A stretch of 64,000 nucleotides of DNA from Odoribacter sp. (lineage in GTDB: Bacteria; Bacteroidota; Bacteroidia; Bacteroidales; Marinifilaceae): NCBI GenBank assembly GCA_036657595.1, contig JAVXFZ010000008.1, forward strand, positions 108 through 64,107. Reading direction: 5' to 3'. Positions 36,754 through 46,089 of this stretch are shown here, piece by piece. A program made the position numbers and the translations under genes. The notes below the pieces were generated by a model. The model saw only the letters and a program-made list of their open reading frames with translations, was not told the DNA's origin and did not search any database. Each line of letters opens with the position of its first letter. Positions within the stretch are counted from its first letter, which is position 1.

Positions 36754-38208
36754 ATGAAAATAGCAAAGTTAATCCTGCCATTTATATGGGGGCTTGCAGG
36801 AGGAGCAATTGCCTTCTGGATGGCGGAAACATTCAGCCCAAAAACTGATAAAACTGCCTTCCCGCACGAGATCGTCGGACCGGGAAGTGTACGCTCTGTC
36901 GCAAATCAATCGGATGGCGATAGAGTGAACGGAGTAGCGGGGAGTATAGATCTACGGGAGGCTGCCAAAAAAACAGTACCTGCGGTTGTGAACGTAAAAA
37001 CCATCCAGATGGGGCGTGAATACGTAGGAAACCCATTTGACTTCTGGTTTGGTGGCATTCAGCCACAAATGAGAGAAGTGCCGCAAAATATGGGAATAGG
37101 TTCAGGAGTCATCATATCAGAAGATGGCTACATCATCACCAACAACCACGTCATTGACAGGAGTGATAAAATCGTAGTGACATTGAACGATAAACGAGAA
37201 TTTGAGGCGAAAATCATAGGGGCTGACCGCAACACAGACATTGCTTTATTAAAGATTGAAGCCTCCGATTTACAGCCGATAGAATATGGCAATTCCGATG
37301 ATGTCGTTTTGGGAGAATGGGTACTTGCTGTCGGCAATCCCTATAATTTAAACTCCACCGTCACGGCAGGCATCATCAGTGCCAAAGCTCGGGAATTGGG
37401 TGGGCGGATGAACTTAGAATCATTCCTGCAAACAGATGCAGCCGTCAATCCCGGCAACAGCGGCGGTGCGTTGGTGAATGCAAAAGGAGAATTAATAGGC
37501 ATCAATACAGCGATACAATCACCGACCGGAAGCTATTCAGGCTACTCCTTTGCGGTACCCGTCAACGTTGCCCGAAAAATAGTCGGCGACCTAAAAGAAT
37601 ATGGCAAAGTGCAAAAAGCAGTGATCGGCATTCGGATGAGAGAACTGACTCCGGCGGTCGCTCAAGAATTAAAGCTAAAAGAGCAAGCCGGAATATACAT
37701 TGCCGAAGTGATACAGGGGGGAGCTGCCGCAAAAGCCGGATTAAAAGAAGAAGACATTATTATCAGTATTAATGGTATAGAAACAAAAACCTATCCCGAA
37801 TTTCAAGAACAATTAGCCAAATACACACCGGGCAACACCGTAAAATTTGGAGTCATTCACGGTGGAAAAGAAAGAACAGTCGATGTATTACTCCAAAATT
37901 CATACGGCGATATGGAGGTAGAAAGTGATTTTGGTATCTTGGGAGCAGAGGTCGTCCCTCTCACTCAGCAAGATCGCTACCGTTTCCGTTTGAATAAAGG
38001 AGTAAAAATCAAAGCACTCAAAAATGGAAAATTCAAGTCCTCCGGCTTATCAGAAGGTTATATTATTGTTAAAATCAACGATGCTTCCATCTATGATAGC
38101 GAGGATTTAGAGAGGGCAATAAAGGCTGCCGGTGATGAAGGAGTGTTTGTCACAGCGGTGAGTCCGAGGGGAAGAGTAGAATATTTCGCTTTTTCGCTGC
38201 TGAATTAA
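36754..38208 (+). CDS. htrA: Do/DegP (HtrA) serine protease with PDZ domains
   Basis: Catalytic triad TNNHV, TDIAL, NPGNSGG; N-terminal anchor; two PDZ-like domains. Confidence 0.93.
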   Translation: MKIAKLILPFIWGLAGGAIAFWMAETFSPKTDKTAFPHEIVGPGSVRSVANQSDGDRVNGVAGSIDLREAAKKTVPAVVNVKTIQMGREYVGNPFDFWFGGIQPQMREVPQNMGIGSGVIISEDGYIITNNHVIDRSDKIVVTLNDKREFEAKIIGADRNTDIALLKIEASDLQPIEYGNSDDVVLGEWVLAVGNPYNLNSTVTAGIISAKARELGGRMNLESFLQTDAAVNPGNSGGALVNAKGELIGINTAIQSPTGSYSGYSFAVPVNVARKIVGDLKEYGKVQKAVIGIRMRELTPAVAQELKLKEQAGIYIAEVIQGGAAAKAGLKEEDIIISINGIETKTYPEFQEQLAKYTPGNTVKFGVIHGGKERTVDVLLQNSYGDMEVESDFGILGAEVVPLTQQDRYRFRLNKGVKIKALKNGKFKSSGLSEGYIIVKINDASIYDSEDLERAIKAAGDEGVFVTAVSPRGRVEYFAFSLLN

Positions 38209-38267
38209 AAAATGTTAATGAGATGAGAATGGTTAAATTTACAAATTGCTAAATGAATAAAATAACC

Positions 38268-38275
38268 TACCTTTG
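38268..38275 (+). promoter_or_regulatory. -7 promoter box for the primary sigma factor gene
   Basis: TACCTTTG. Confidence 0.55.
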
Positions 38276-38306
38276 CGGGAAGTTTGCAGTGGTATAAAAA
38301 GACAGT

Positions 38307-39167
38307 ATGAGACAACTAAAAATCACAAAATCAATTACAAACAGGGAAAGTGCATCTCTGGACAAGTATTTGCAGGAAATCGGTAAAGAAGAATTAATTA
38401 CCGTTGAAGAGGAAGTAGAGCTGGCCCAGCGGATACGAAAGGGAGACCAGAAAGCACTGGAGAAGTTGACGAGAGCGAATCTGAGGTTTGTTGTTTCGGT
38501 AGCTAAACAATATCAGAATCAAGGTTTAAGCTTGCCCGACTTAATCAATGAGGGCAACTTAGGACTCATTAAAGCGGCTGAGAAATTTGATGAAACCCGA
38601 GGTTTTAAATTTATTTCCTATGCTGTATGGTGGATTCGTCAATCCATCTTGCAGGCTTTAGCTGAACAGTCACGTATTGTTCGTCTCCCCTTGAATCAAG
38701 TGGGATCATTGAACAAGATCAATAAAGCTTTTGCGCGCTTTGAGCAAGAGAACGAACGGCGTCCTTCCCCCGAAGAATTGGCGGAAGCACTGGATTTGCC
38801 TGCTGAAAAAGTGGCAGACACCTTGCGGGTATCCGGGCGGCACATTTCGGTCGATGCTCCTTTCGTCGAAGGGGAAGACAACAGTTTGCTGGATGTATTG
38901 GTCAACGATGATTCGCCTGTTGCCGACCGTACTTTAATCAACGAATCGCTTTCAACAGAAGTAGAGCGGGCTTTGTCTACATTGACCGAGCGGGAACGCG
39001 ATATCATCAAACTATTCTTTGGTATCAACATCCAAGAAATGACTCTTGAAGAAATAGGAGAAAAATTTGGTCTGACACGGGAACGTGTCCGGCAGATCAA
39101 AGAAAAGGCTATTCGCCGTTTGCGCCATTCTTCCAGAAGTAAATTACTGAAAACCTATTTAGGTTAA
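38307..39167 (+). CDS. rpoD: Primary RNA polymerase sigma-70 factor, Bacteroidetes type (no region 1.1)
   Basis: [50 protein letters not shown]. Confidence 0.95.
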   Translation: MRQLKITKSITNRESASLDKYLQEIGKEELITVEEEVELAQRIRKGDQKALEKLTRANLRFVVSVAKQYQNQGLSLPDLINEGNLGLIKAAEKFDETRGFKFISYAVWWIRQSILQALAEQSRIVRLPLNQVGSLNKINKAFARFEQENERRPSPEELAEALDLPAEKVADTLRVSGRHISVDAPFVEGEDNSLLDVLVNDDSPVADRTLINESLSTEVERALSTLTERERDIIKLFFGINIQEMTLEEIGEKFGLTRERVRQIKEKAIRRLRHSSRSKLLKTYLG

Positions 39168-39172
39168 CGATA

Positions 39173-39203
39173 AAAGCCATCCCGTCCGGATGGCTTTCTT
39201 TTT
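39173..39203 (+). terminator. Intrinsic terminator after rpoD
   Basis: AAAGCCATCC-CGTCC-GGATGGCTTTCTTTTT. Confidence 0.85.
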
Positions 39204-39289
39204 ATCTCTCTATTCCTTTTATGATCCTCCTCGCCTTTTCGTTTGGATCGGGCGGACTGATCTATTTGTCATCGCCTCCTCCTCGCTTG

Positions 39290-39403
39290 CATAAAGTGCT
39301 TCTAAATAGCTTTCAAAATGTCTCTAAAGTGCAACAGGAAGCATTTTTGATACATTTTAGACCTATGGGGCATCCTTTTTATGGAATATGGAACGGGTAG
39401 ATG
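39290..39403 (-). repeat. Dispersed 114-bp repeat with ~11-bp internal period, copy B
   Basis: Reverse complement aligns without gaps to 9789-9902 (71/114); units CTTTAGAGACA/TTTTGAAAGCT/ATTTAGAAGCA/CTTTATG. Confidence 0.7.
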
Positions 39404-39541
39404 AGCTGTTGGTGAGGGGAACTTGTCGGAGGCTTGCCTTTATTCTTCCCATTCGTTTTGCTTTTTTCCCAGATAGGAAGAGAAGGTGTCGTTTTTTGAA
39501 AAAAGGCACTTTCTGTTCAATTTGAAATTGTTGTTGGGTGA

Positions 39542-40894
39542 TTATTTTATTTCCGGCAGGTCGATCCCCTTGATTTTACGGTAAAGATTTAAGGCGTATG
39601 AATCAGTCATACCGGATACGAAATCAACAACCGTCTGTATTTTGGTATACATCGAGTCTTCTTTATCCACTTTGTATTGTTCGGGCATTATGGATAGGAT
39701 GTTTCGGGCGTAATAGGTTTCCGGTTTTAGGATGGCATCGGTGTACTCTTTGAGGATGGTTCCGAGAATTTTAAAGCCGGCGATTTGAATTTGAGTGACG
39801 ATATTGGTGTGGTAAATACGCTCGTATGCCAACGTGGAACAGGCTTCGTAGGCTTCCCGATTCGTTCCGTTGACTTGTTTGATTAAGGTGCTGTTAAATT
39901 CTCCCGCCATAATGGCTTCGTAGTTTTGACAGAAAATATTCGAGCAGGCGTTGATCAGTTTGTTGATGATCCCGGCGCGGAGGAAAGCGATGCGTTCGTT
40001 TTTGTCGGTCACTATTTTGAAGGTGCGGGCGATGATTTTCAGGTCTTCTTTGTTCTCGTTTTTGTCATAAAAACTTTCCAAGATACTCACTGTCTCGTCG
40101 TAGGAGAGGATGCGCAATTTGTGTGAATCTTCGATGTCCATAATTTGGTAGCAAATGTCGTCGGCGGCTTCTACTAAGTAGACCAGTGGATGACGGACAT
40201 ATTGAAGCGGGTGGTCGCCGAGTTGACGTATGCCTAATTCTTCTGCCACTTGGCGGTAGATTTCTTTCCCGCTTTGGAAGAATCCGTATTTGAAGCCTTT
40301 GGCATTGGCTTTGGAGGATTCAAAGGGGTATTTGACGATGGAGGCAAGCGTGGTGTAGGTCATTGTGTAGCCTCCGGGACGTCGTCCGTTGAAACTATGT
40401 GTCAGCAGGCGGAAGGTGTTGGCGTTCCCTTCAAAATGGCTCAGATCGCTCCATTCGTCATCGGAGAGGAGTTTTTTGAAATAAAGTCCTTCGCCTTCAC
40501 TGAAAAAGTAGGAGATGGCTTCTTCGCCCGAGTGTCCGAAAGGCGGATTGCCCAGATCGTGGGCGAGACAGCCGGTGCTGACGATGGTGCCGATCTCTTC
40601 GAGTATTTCGGGCGTTTCAACATCGACGTTTTGTTGTTTCAGGAATTGGCTGATTTTATTTCCCAATGAGCGGCCGACACTGGCAACTTCGAGGCTGTGT
40701 GTCAGTCGGTTGTGCACAAAGATATTGCCCGGAAGCGGGAATACTTGTGTTTTGTTTTGTAAGCGGCGAAAAGGGGAGGAGAAGATCAGTCGGTCGTAAT
40801 CCCGCTGGAATTGGGAACGATCGTGTGAATGAAACAAGGAGGTGGTGTTGCCCGGATGATAACGATGTGCTGATATGAGTTTATTCCAATCCAT
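39542..40894 (-). CDS. dgt: Deoxyguanosinetriphosphate triphosphohydrolase (HD family)
   Basis: RRLQNKTQVFP, HNRLTHSLEV, HDLGNPPFGHSGE, EAADDICY, SGMTDSYA. Confidence 0.93.
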   Translation of the reverse strand: MDWNKLISAHRYHPGNTTSLFHSHDRSQFQRDYDRLIFSSPFRRLQNKTQVFPLPGNIFVHNRLTHSLEVASVGRSLGNKISQFLKQQNVDVETPEILEEIGTIVSTGCLAHDLGNPPFGHSGEEAISYFFSEGEGLYFKKLLSDDEWSDLSHFEGNANTFRLLTHSFNGRRPGGYTMTYTTLASIVKYPFESSKANAKGFKYGFFQSGKEIYRQVAEELGIRQLGDHPLQYVRHPLVYLVEAADDICYQIMDIEDSHKLRILSYDETVSILESFYDKNENKEDLKIIARTFKIVTDKNERIAFLRAGIINKLINACSNIFCQNYEAIMAGEFNSTLIKQVNGTNREAYEACSTLAYERIYHTNIVTQIQIAGFKILGTILKEYTDAILKPETYYARNILSIMPEQYKVDKEDSMYTKIQTVVDFVSGMTDSYALNLYRKIKGIDLPEIK

Positions 40895-40940
40895 TATAAG
40901 ATAAAGTAAGGAGGTATAAATAGGGGGATGTGTAGATAGA

Positions 40941-40974
40941 ATGTACTGACGTACTTATGCGTACGTCAGTACAT
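40941..40974. repeat. Perfect 14-bp inverted repeat between CoA-transferase and dgt
   Basis: ATGTACTGACGTAC-TTATGC-GTACGTCAGTACAT. Confidence 0.8.
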
Positions 40975-40989
40975 CAGCACATTTGTGTT

Positions 40990-42297
40990 TTATTTCTTTA
41001 CGAAATGGTAGTGACTTCCGAAGCGTTCAAAAGCCGCTTTGTCTAATTCTTCTTGACATTGCGGTGCAGCGATGGAAATCAGGGCTTTGGCACGATCTTG
41101 TAAGGTTTTGCCATAGAGATCGACAGCTCCAAATTCTGTTACTACGTAGTGTACGTCAAAACGGGTGGTGACTACTCCGGCTCCGTTCAATAGGGTCGGG
41201 CTGATTTTGCTGACTCCTTTGGCGGTGATTGCCGGCATTGCGATGATGGGTAATCCGCCTTCGCTGGCTGCTGCTCCCCGAATGAAATCGAGTTGACCGC
41301 CGCATCCGCTATAAAATTTGCATCCCAATGAGTCGGCATTGACCTGTCCGGTGATGTCGATGGATAAGGCTGAATTGATAGCGGTCATTTTGGGTTGTTG
41401 TGCGATGATACACGGATCGTTGGTATAGCCTACGTCCATCATAGCAACGGCAGGATTGTCGTCGATGAAGTTGTATACTTCTTTGGAACCCATCAGGAAG
41501 GTGGATACGATTTTTCCTTTGTCGTATTTTTTATTGAGGTTGTTGATAACTCCTTTGTAATAGAGGGGTAGTACGCCGTCGGCGAACATTTCGGTATGGA
41601 TACCGAGATTTTTGTGGTTGCCGAGTTGTGATAGTACAGCGTTTGGAATGGCTCCGATACCCATTTGTAAGCAGGCTCCGTCTTCGATGAGGTTGGCGCA
41701 GTTTTTACCGATGAGAATATCTTGTTCCGATGGTTGGGCAGGTTTTGCTTCAATCAGCGGGGTGTTGTCTTCGCAGAAGATGTCGATGTCGGACATTTTG
41801 ATGATGGCGTCTCCCCACGCACGCGGTACGTTGGGGTTGATGACTGCGATGACGGTCTTGGCATTTTGTACGGCTGCTAAGGTGGCATCAACGGAGGTTC
41901 CCATAGATACATATCCGTGTTTGTCCGGCGGACATACTTGGATCATCGCCACATCAACAGGGGTGAAACCGGCGCGGATTAGTTTTTGTGTTTCACTGAG
42001 GTGTACGGGGATGTAATCCGCCCAACCTTCTTGGGTGCATTTACGCACGTTATGACCTACGAAGTAAGATTCTAATTGGAAGGTCCCTTCAAATTCTTGT
42101 TCTGCGTAAGGTGCGCAACCTTCGGTGTGCAGATGTTGTACTTTAATGTCTTTCAGTTCGCCTGCACGTCCTCGTGTGCAAAGTGCCTGAATTAAACCCT
42201 GAGGTGCGCAAGCGACACTGTGGATGTGAATCCGGTCGCCCGATTTAACTACTTTTACAGCTTCATCGAATGATACTGTTTTAATTCCTTGATACAT
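40990..42297 (-). CDS. Acetyl-CoA hydrolase/transferase family protein (4-hydroxybutyrate/butyrate CoA-transferase-like)
   Basis: DVAMIQVCPPDKHGY, QMGIGAIPNAV, GIHTEM, SGCGGQLDFIRGA, VTEFG. Confidence 0.9.
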   Translation of the reverse strand: MYQGIKTVSFDEAVKVVKSGDRIHIHSVACAPQGLIQALCTRGRAGELKDIKVQHLHTEGCAPYAEQEFEGTFQLESYFVGHNVRKCTQEGWADYIPVHLSETQKLIRAGFTPVDVAMIQVCPPDKHGYVSMGTSVDATLAAVQNAKTVIAVINPNVPRAWGDAIIKMSDIDIFCEDNTPLIEAKPAQPSEQDILIGKNCANLIEDGACLQMGIGAIPNAVLSQLGNHKNLGIHTEMFADGVLPLYYKGVINNLNKKYDKGKIVSTFLMGSKEVYNFIDDNPAVAMMDVGYTNDPCIIAQQPKMTAINSALSIDITGQVNADSLGCKFYSGCGGQLDFIRGAAASEGGLPIIAMPAITAKGVSKISPTLLNGAGVVTTRFDVHYVVTEFGAVDLYGKTLQDRAKALISIAAPQCQEELDKAAFERFGSHYHFVKK

Positions 42298-42373
42298 ACT
42301 GTTATGATATTAGATTAAAATCCTTTCGTTCACAAATGCACGCGAAGTTAGGCAATTCAAGTGAAAAGTAAAA

Positions 42374-42880
42374 TTATTTATATTTCTTTATCAGATTTTT
42401 AACCACTTCGGGGGTTAATTCGTAATCATTCAGCAATGGGAATCCTTCCCAGCGTACGATTCCTTTGGGATCAATGAGGATGACGTGTGGGATGCCTGTC
42501 ACTTCCAATGTTTTTTTCAGAGTGGCTTTGGTATCAATGGCGTGGTAATATTCAATGATAGGGGTTGTCATTGCTTTTACTTTTTCTATTGTTTGATCTG
42601 AGATGCCGATGATAATGAGGTCGTCTTTGAATTGTTGTTGGAGTTTGTTGAGTTCGGGAATGACATTCCGACACGGACCACACCAAGTTGCCCAAAAGTC
42701 TATTAGGATGAATTTTCCTTGTGTGTCGGGTTTTTCACTGACCCATTCTTCTACGGTTAAAGCGGGAGCTTTTTGGTTGAGAAAGGATTTTGCCCAGAGT
42801 TGTTTCCCGTTGTTTGTTTCTTGTGAGAAAACGATGTTACTACATAGAAGTAGTACGATGATGGTGATGGTTGATTTCAT
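42374..42880 (-). CDS. TlpA-family thiol-disulfide oxidoreductase
   Basis: Signal peptide; DFWATWCGPC; GIPHVILID. Confidence 0.9.
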   Translation of the reverse strand: MKSTITIIVLLLCSNIVFSQETNNGKQLWAKSFLNQKAPALTVEEWVSEKPDTQGKFILIDFWATWCGPCRNVIPELNKLQQQFKDDLIIIGISDQTIEKVKAMTTPIIEYYHAIDTKATLKKTLEVTGIPHVILIDPKGIVRWEGFPLLNDYELTPEVVKNLIKKYK

Positions 42881-42909
42881 TTTTTTTGATTTACAATTGT
42901 TTTGTCAAG

Positions 42910-43359
42910 TTATCTTTTCATTGCTCTATCCATATCTTTTTTGGCATCTTTGAGTTTCAGGCATTCGCGTTTGTCAAATTCTTTTTTTCCTTTCGCCAAT
43001 GCGATGTGGAGTTTGGCAAATCCTTTTTCGTTTAAGAATACTTTTACGGGAACGATGGTGAGTCCTGATTCTTTTAGTTTTCGTTCTAATTTTGTTAATT
43101 CTTTGTGGGTGAGGAGGAGTTTCCGTTCGCGTTTTTCTTCGTGGTTGTAGTAAGTCCCCAGTTTGTATTCAGCAATGTGCATTCCTTTCACCCACAGTTC
43201 TCCGCGACTGAAAAAGCAATAGGAATCCGACAGGCTGGCTTTGCCCGCCCGGATGGATTTGATTTCTGTGCCGGTGAGTATGATCCCGGCGTTGTATTCT
43301 TCCAGAAATTCATAATCAAAGGAAGCGCGTTTGTTGCGTATATTGACTTCGTTGGGCAT
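42910..43359 (-). CDS. smpB: SsrA-binding protein
   Basis: [32 protein letters not shown]. Confidence 0.97.
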   Translation of the reverse strand: MPNEVNIRNKRASFDYEFLEEYNAGIILTGTEIKSIRAGKASLSDSYCFFSRGELWVKGMHIAEYKLGTYYNHEEKRERKLLLTHKELTKLERKLKESGLTIVPVKVFLNEKGFAKLHIALAKGKKEFDKRECLKLKDAKKDMDRAMKR

Positions 43360-43368
43360 AATTTAATC

Positions 43369-43947
43369 TTATATGTTAAGAGCCGGAATATCCAGCAGGA
43401 TTCTTAGTAGTTGAGTGATAATGGCAGGCATACAGATAATCGAAACGCAAAGGATGACGAAAATGTTGGTTCGTTGTCCCGGTTTTAGGGCGGTCACTTG
43501 TTGTAGTCCGACATATAGTGTTCTGATGAAGATGAAACTGAGCAGGGTGAACAGTTGCCCAAAGAAGGCATTGCCTAATACAGATCCAATGCTGTGGAAG
43601 GTAATGAAGATGGCTGAACAGTAGACGGTGATGTTGAGTGCCTGATTTTCCGGGATGTTTAGTTTCCCGCATAGGTATTCTTTGGCAATCCGATAAGATA
43701 GCCAAGTGCCCGCGCTTACTGCCAAGAAATTGATGATTCCCAAAGCGATGGATTGGTATAGGTTGTAGTCAATGAGGCTTAGCAAGAAGGTGAGGAGTGT
43801 GGTCGTCGCAGCGATCGGGAGGAGATAGTTTTTGTAGATTTTTTTCATCTCGCTATCTTCCTTGAGTACGGTGGACCAAGCTATATCAGGCTTCAATAAT
43901 AGAAGTCTGGTGCGTTCGTATATGTATTTGAAATTTATTTTATTCAT
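43369..43947 (-). CDS. YIP1 family membrane protein
   Basis: 'LLLKPDIAW..V..E' N-terminal pattern plus ~5 TMs. Confidence 0.65.
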   Translation of the reverse strand: MNKINFKYIYERTRLLLLKPDIAWSTVLKEDSEMKKIYKNYLLPIAATTTLLTFLLSLIDYNLYQSIALGIINFLAVSAGTWLSYRIAKEYLCGKLNIPENQALNITVYCSAIFITFHSIGSVLGNAFFGQLFTLLSFIFIRTLYVGLQQVTALKPGQRTNIFVILCVSIICMPAIITQLLRILLDIPALNI

Positions 43948-44066
43948 ACGAATACAAAAGTATTATTTTTTCCTGAAATTGAATCGGTCCGGTTGATGTT
44001 TTATTCTAATCTGTGATCTTATCGTAAATCCTTTACCTGATTGGGTTGTGGTTATTTTCAATAAAA

Positions 44067-44094
44067 AAGTGGGATAAAGTGGTTTGAAGTGGGA
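44067..44094 (+). promoter_or_regulatory. MraZ operator (three 10-bp-spaced GTGG repeats)
   Basis: AAGTGGGATA AAGTGGTTTG AAGTGGGA upstream of mraZ; MraZ is known to bind spaced (G)TGGG/AAAGTG repeats. Confidence 0.8.
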
Positions 44095-44217
44095 AATAAT
44101 TCTTAACTTTACATCACGAATAGATTCTTATATGTGTGAAATAAGACAGAATGTAAGTATTTGTTTTATAGTAATTTATGTTAATTTTGTCAGGACGTTT
44201 AAATTTAAAGAGTAGCT

Positions 44218-44664
44218 ATGTCTTCTTTTATTGGCGATTATACTTGTAAGGCTGACAGTAAGTGTCGAGTGGTGGTTCCGTCCTCTTTCAGAAAGGTGAT
44301 GGAAGCATCTGAACAGACGTTTTTTGTGCTACGTAAAAATATTTTCGGGAAGTGTATTGATATGTATCCGATGGAGGAATGGGAGCGAATGATTGCGGAG
44401 TTGAGATCTAAGTTGAATTTGTTTAATCCGAAGCACACGGTTTTTTTGAGGGAGTTTTGTCGGGGGATGCAAGAGGTGGAGATGGATACGAATGGACGGA
44501 TTTTATTGCCGCGCCGAATGTTGGATGAAGTAGGGATAGATAAGGAGATGGTGATGGCGGCTCAGGATGCTATGATTCAGATTTGGGATATAGAGGCTTA
44601 TGCGGAGGTGGCAGTGGATGCCGGCGGATTGGGGCAGTTGGCGGAGGAGATTTTTAAAAGTTGA
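44218..44664 (+). CDS. mraZ: Division/cell wall cluster transcriptional repressor
   Basis: FIGDYTCKADSKCRVVVP and MDTNGRILLP SpoVT/AbrB repeats. Confidence 0.93.
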   Translation: MSSFIGDYTCKADSKCRVVVPSSFRKVMEASEQTFFVLRKNIFGKCIDMYPMEEWERMIAELRSKLNLFNPKHTVFLREFCRGMQEVEMDTNGRILLPRRMLDEVGIDKEMVMAAQDAMIQIWDIEAYAEVAVDAGGLGQLAEEIFKS

Positions 44665-44751
44665 AGATCGGAAGACGCAAGTTGAACGATGGCAGATGGG
44701 AGAGTAGGGGAATAAGAGGTAAAAAAAAGGAATTTAATTTTTAATTATATT

Positions 44752-45660
44752 ATGTCGGAATATCATATACCGGTTTTGTTGGAGGAGTCTGTGGCAGGAT
44801 TAAATATTCAGCCGGGCGGAGTGTATCTGGATTTGACGTTTGGAGGGGGTGGGCATACACGTGAGATTTTGAAGCGGATGGATGCGGAGGCTTGTTTGAT
44901 CGGCTTTGATCAGGATGAGGATGCTTTGGGGAATGTGCCGGAGGATGAACGTTTTATTTTTGTGAATCATAATTTCAGGTATCTGCATAATTTTATGAGG
45001 TATTATGGTTATGAGGAGGTGGATGGTATATTGGCGGATTTGGGAGTTTCTTCTCACGAGTTTGATGAGGCAGATCGGGGCTTTTCGTTTCGTTTTGATG
45101 CCGAATTGGATATGCGGATGAGTCGGCGAAATCGACTGACGGCTGCCGGGGTGTTGAATACTTACGAGGCAGAACGGTTGACGGCGATTTTTAGAAATTA
45201 CGGAGAGGTGGAGAATGCCCGTCGCTTGACGGATTGTGTTGTGAGGGCGAGAGAAGGTGGGGAGATAAAGACTTCGGAGGATTTTTATAAGGTGATTGAA
45301 CCTTGTATTCCAAAGATGAAGGAGAAGAAGTATTTGGCGAAGGTGTATCAGGCGTTGCGGATTGAGGTGAATGGGGAGTTGGAGGCATTGGAGGAAATGA
45401 TGGAGCAGGCGATGAAGGTGTTGAAGCCGGGAGGACATTTGGTGGTGATTACTTATCATTCGTTGGAGGATCGTATTGTGAAGAATTTTCTAAAATCGGG
45501 GAATGTAGAGGGGGATGTGAAAAAAGATGTGTTGTATGGAAATATTCATCATAATTTTGAATTGGTCAATCGGAAGGTGATTGTTCCGTCGGAGGAGGAG
45601 ATTGAAAGGAATCCACGTGCACGTAGTGCTAAGTTGCGGATTGCCCGGAAAAAAGATTGA
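44752..45660 (+). CDS. rsmH: 16S rRNA m4C1402 methyltransferase
   Basis: HIPVLLEE, DLTFGGGGH, ADLGVSS, LDMRM, QALRIEVN, RARSAKLR. Confidence 0.97.
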   Translation: MSEYHIPVLLEESVAGLNIQPGGVYLDLTFGGGGHTREILKRMDAEACLIGFDQDEDALGNVPEDERFIFVNHNFRYLHNFMRYYGYEEVDGILADLGVSSHEFDEADRGFSFRFDAELDMRMSRRNRLTAAGVLNTYEAERLTAIFRNYGEVENARRLTDCVVRAREGGEIKTSEDFYKVIEPCIPKMKEKKYLAKVYQALRIEVNGELEALEEMMEQAMKVLKPGGHLVVITYHSLEDRIVKNFLKSGNVEGDVKKDVLYGNIHHNFELVNRKVIVPSEEEIERNPRARSAKLRIARKKD

Positions 45661-45709
45661 TGGTGAGCGATTGTTTAACGTGTAATGATCAGTTGGTTGT
45701 AAGCTTTTA

Positions 45710-46087
45710 GTGATGGAACAGCAGGATGAAGATAAGGATATAAAGATCCCGGAAGAGGAGGTAAAAGAGGTGAAGAAAGCCTCTTCGATGAAGGGTATGC
45801 TGGAAGGTAGTTTGTTGGCAGAGAAATTGAGGAGTAACATTCGTTTTGTGTTGTTTGCAACCTTTTTGGGGATTTGGTATATTACGAATGGTTATTCAAC
45901 AGAAAAGCTTCATCGGGAAAGAGGCGAACTGGAAAAAGAGGTGACAGATCTGAGGTTTGAGTCGATTACGACTGCCGCCGATTTGATGTTTATGAGAAAG
46001 CAGTCGGAAGTATTGAAACGGATACACCGGGAGGGGTTGACATTGGAGGAGAGTAAAGAACCGCCGGTAAAATTGTATAGGAGGTAG
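45710..46087 (+). CDS. ftsL: FtsL-like cell division protein
   Basis: Position between rsmH and the PBP gene; single TM plus coiled coil. Confidence 0.75.
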   Translation: MMEQQDEDKDIKIPEEEVKEVKKASSMKGMLEGSLLAEKLRSNIRFVLFATFLGIWYITNGYSTEKLHRERGELEKEVTDLRFESITTAADLMFMRKQSEVLKRIHREGLTLEESKEPPVKLYRR

Positions 46088-46089
46088 AG

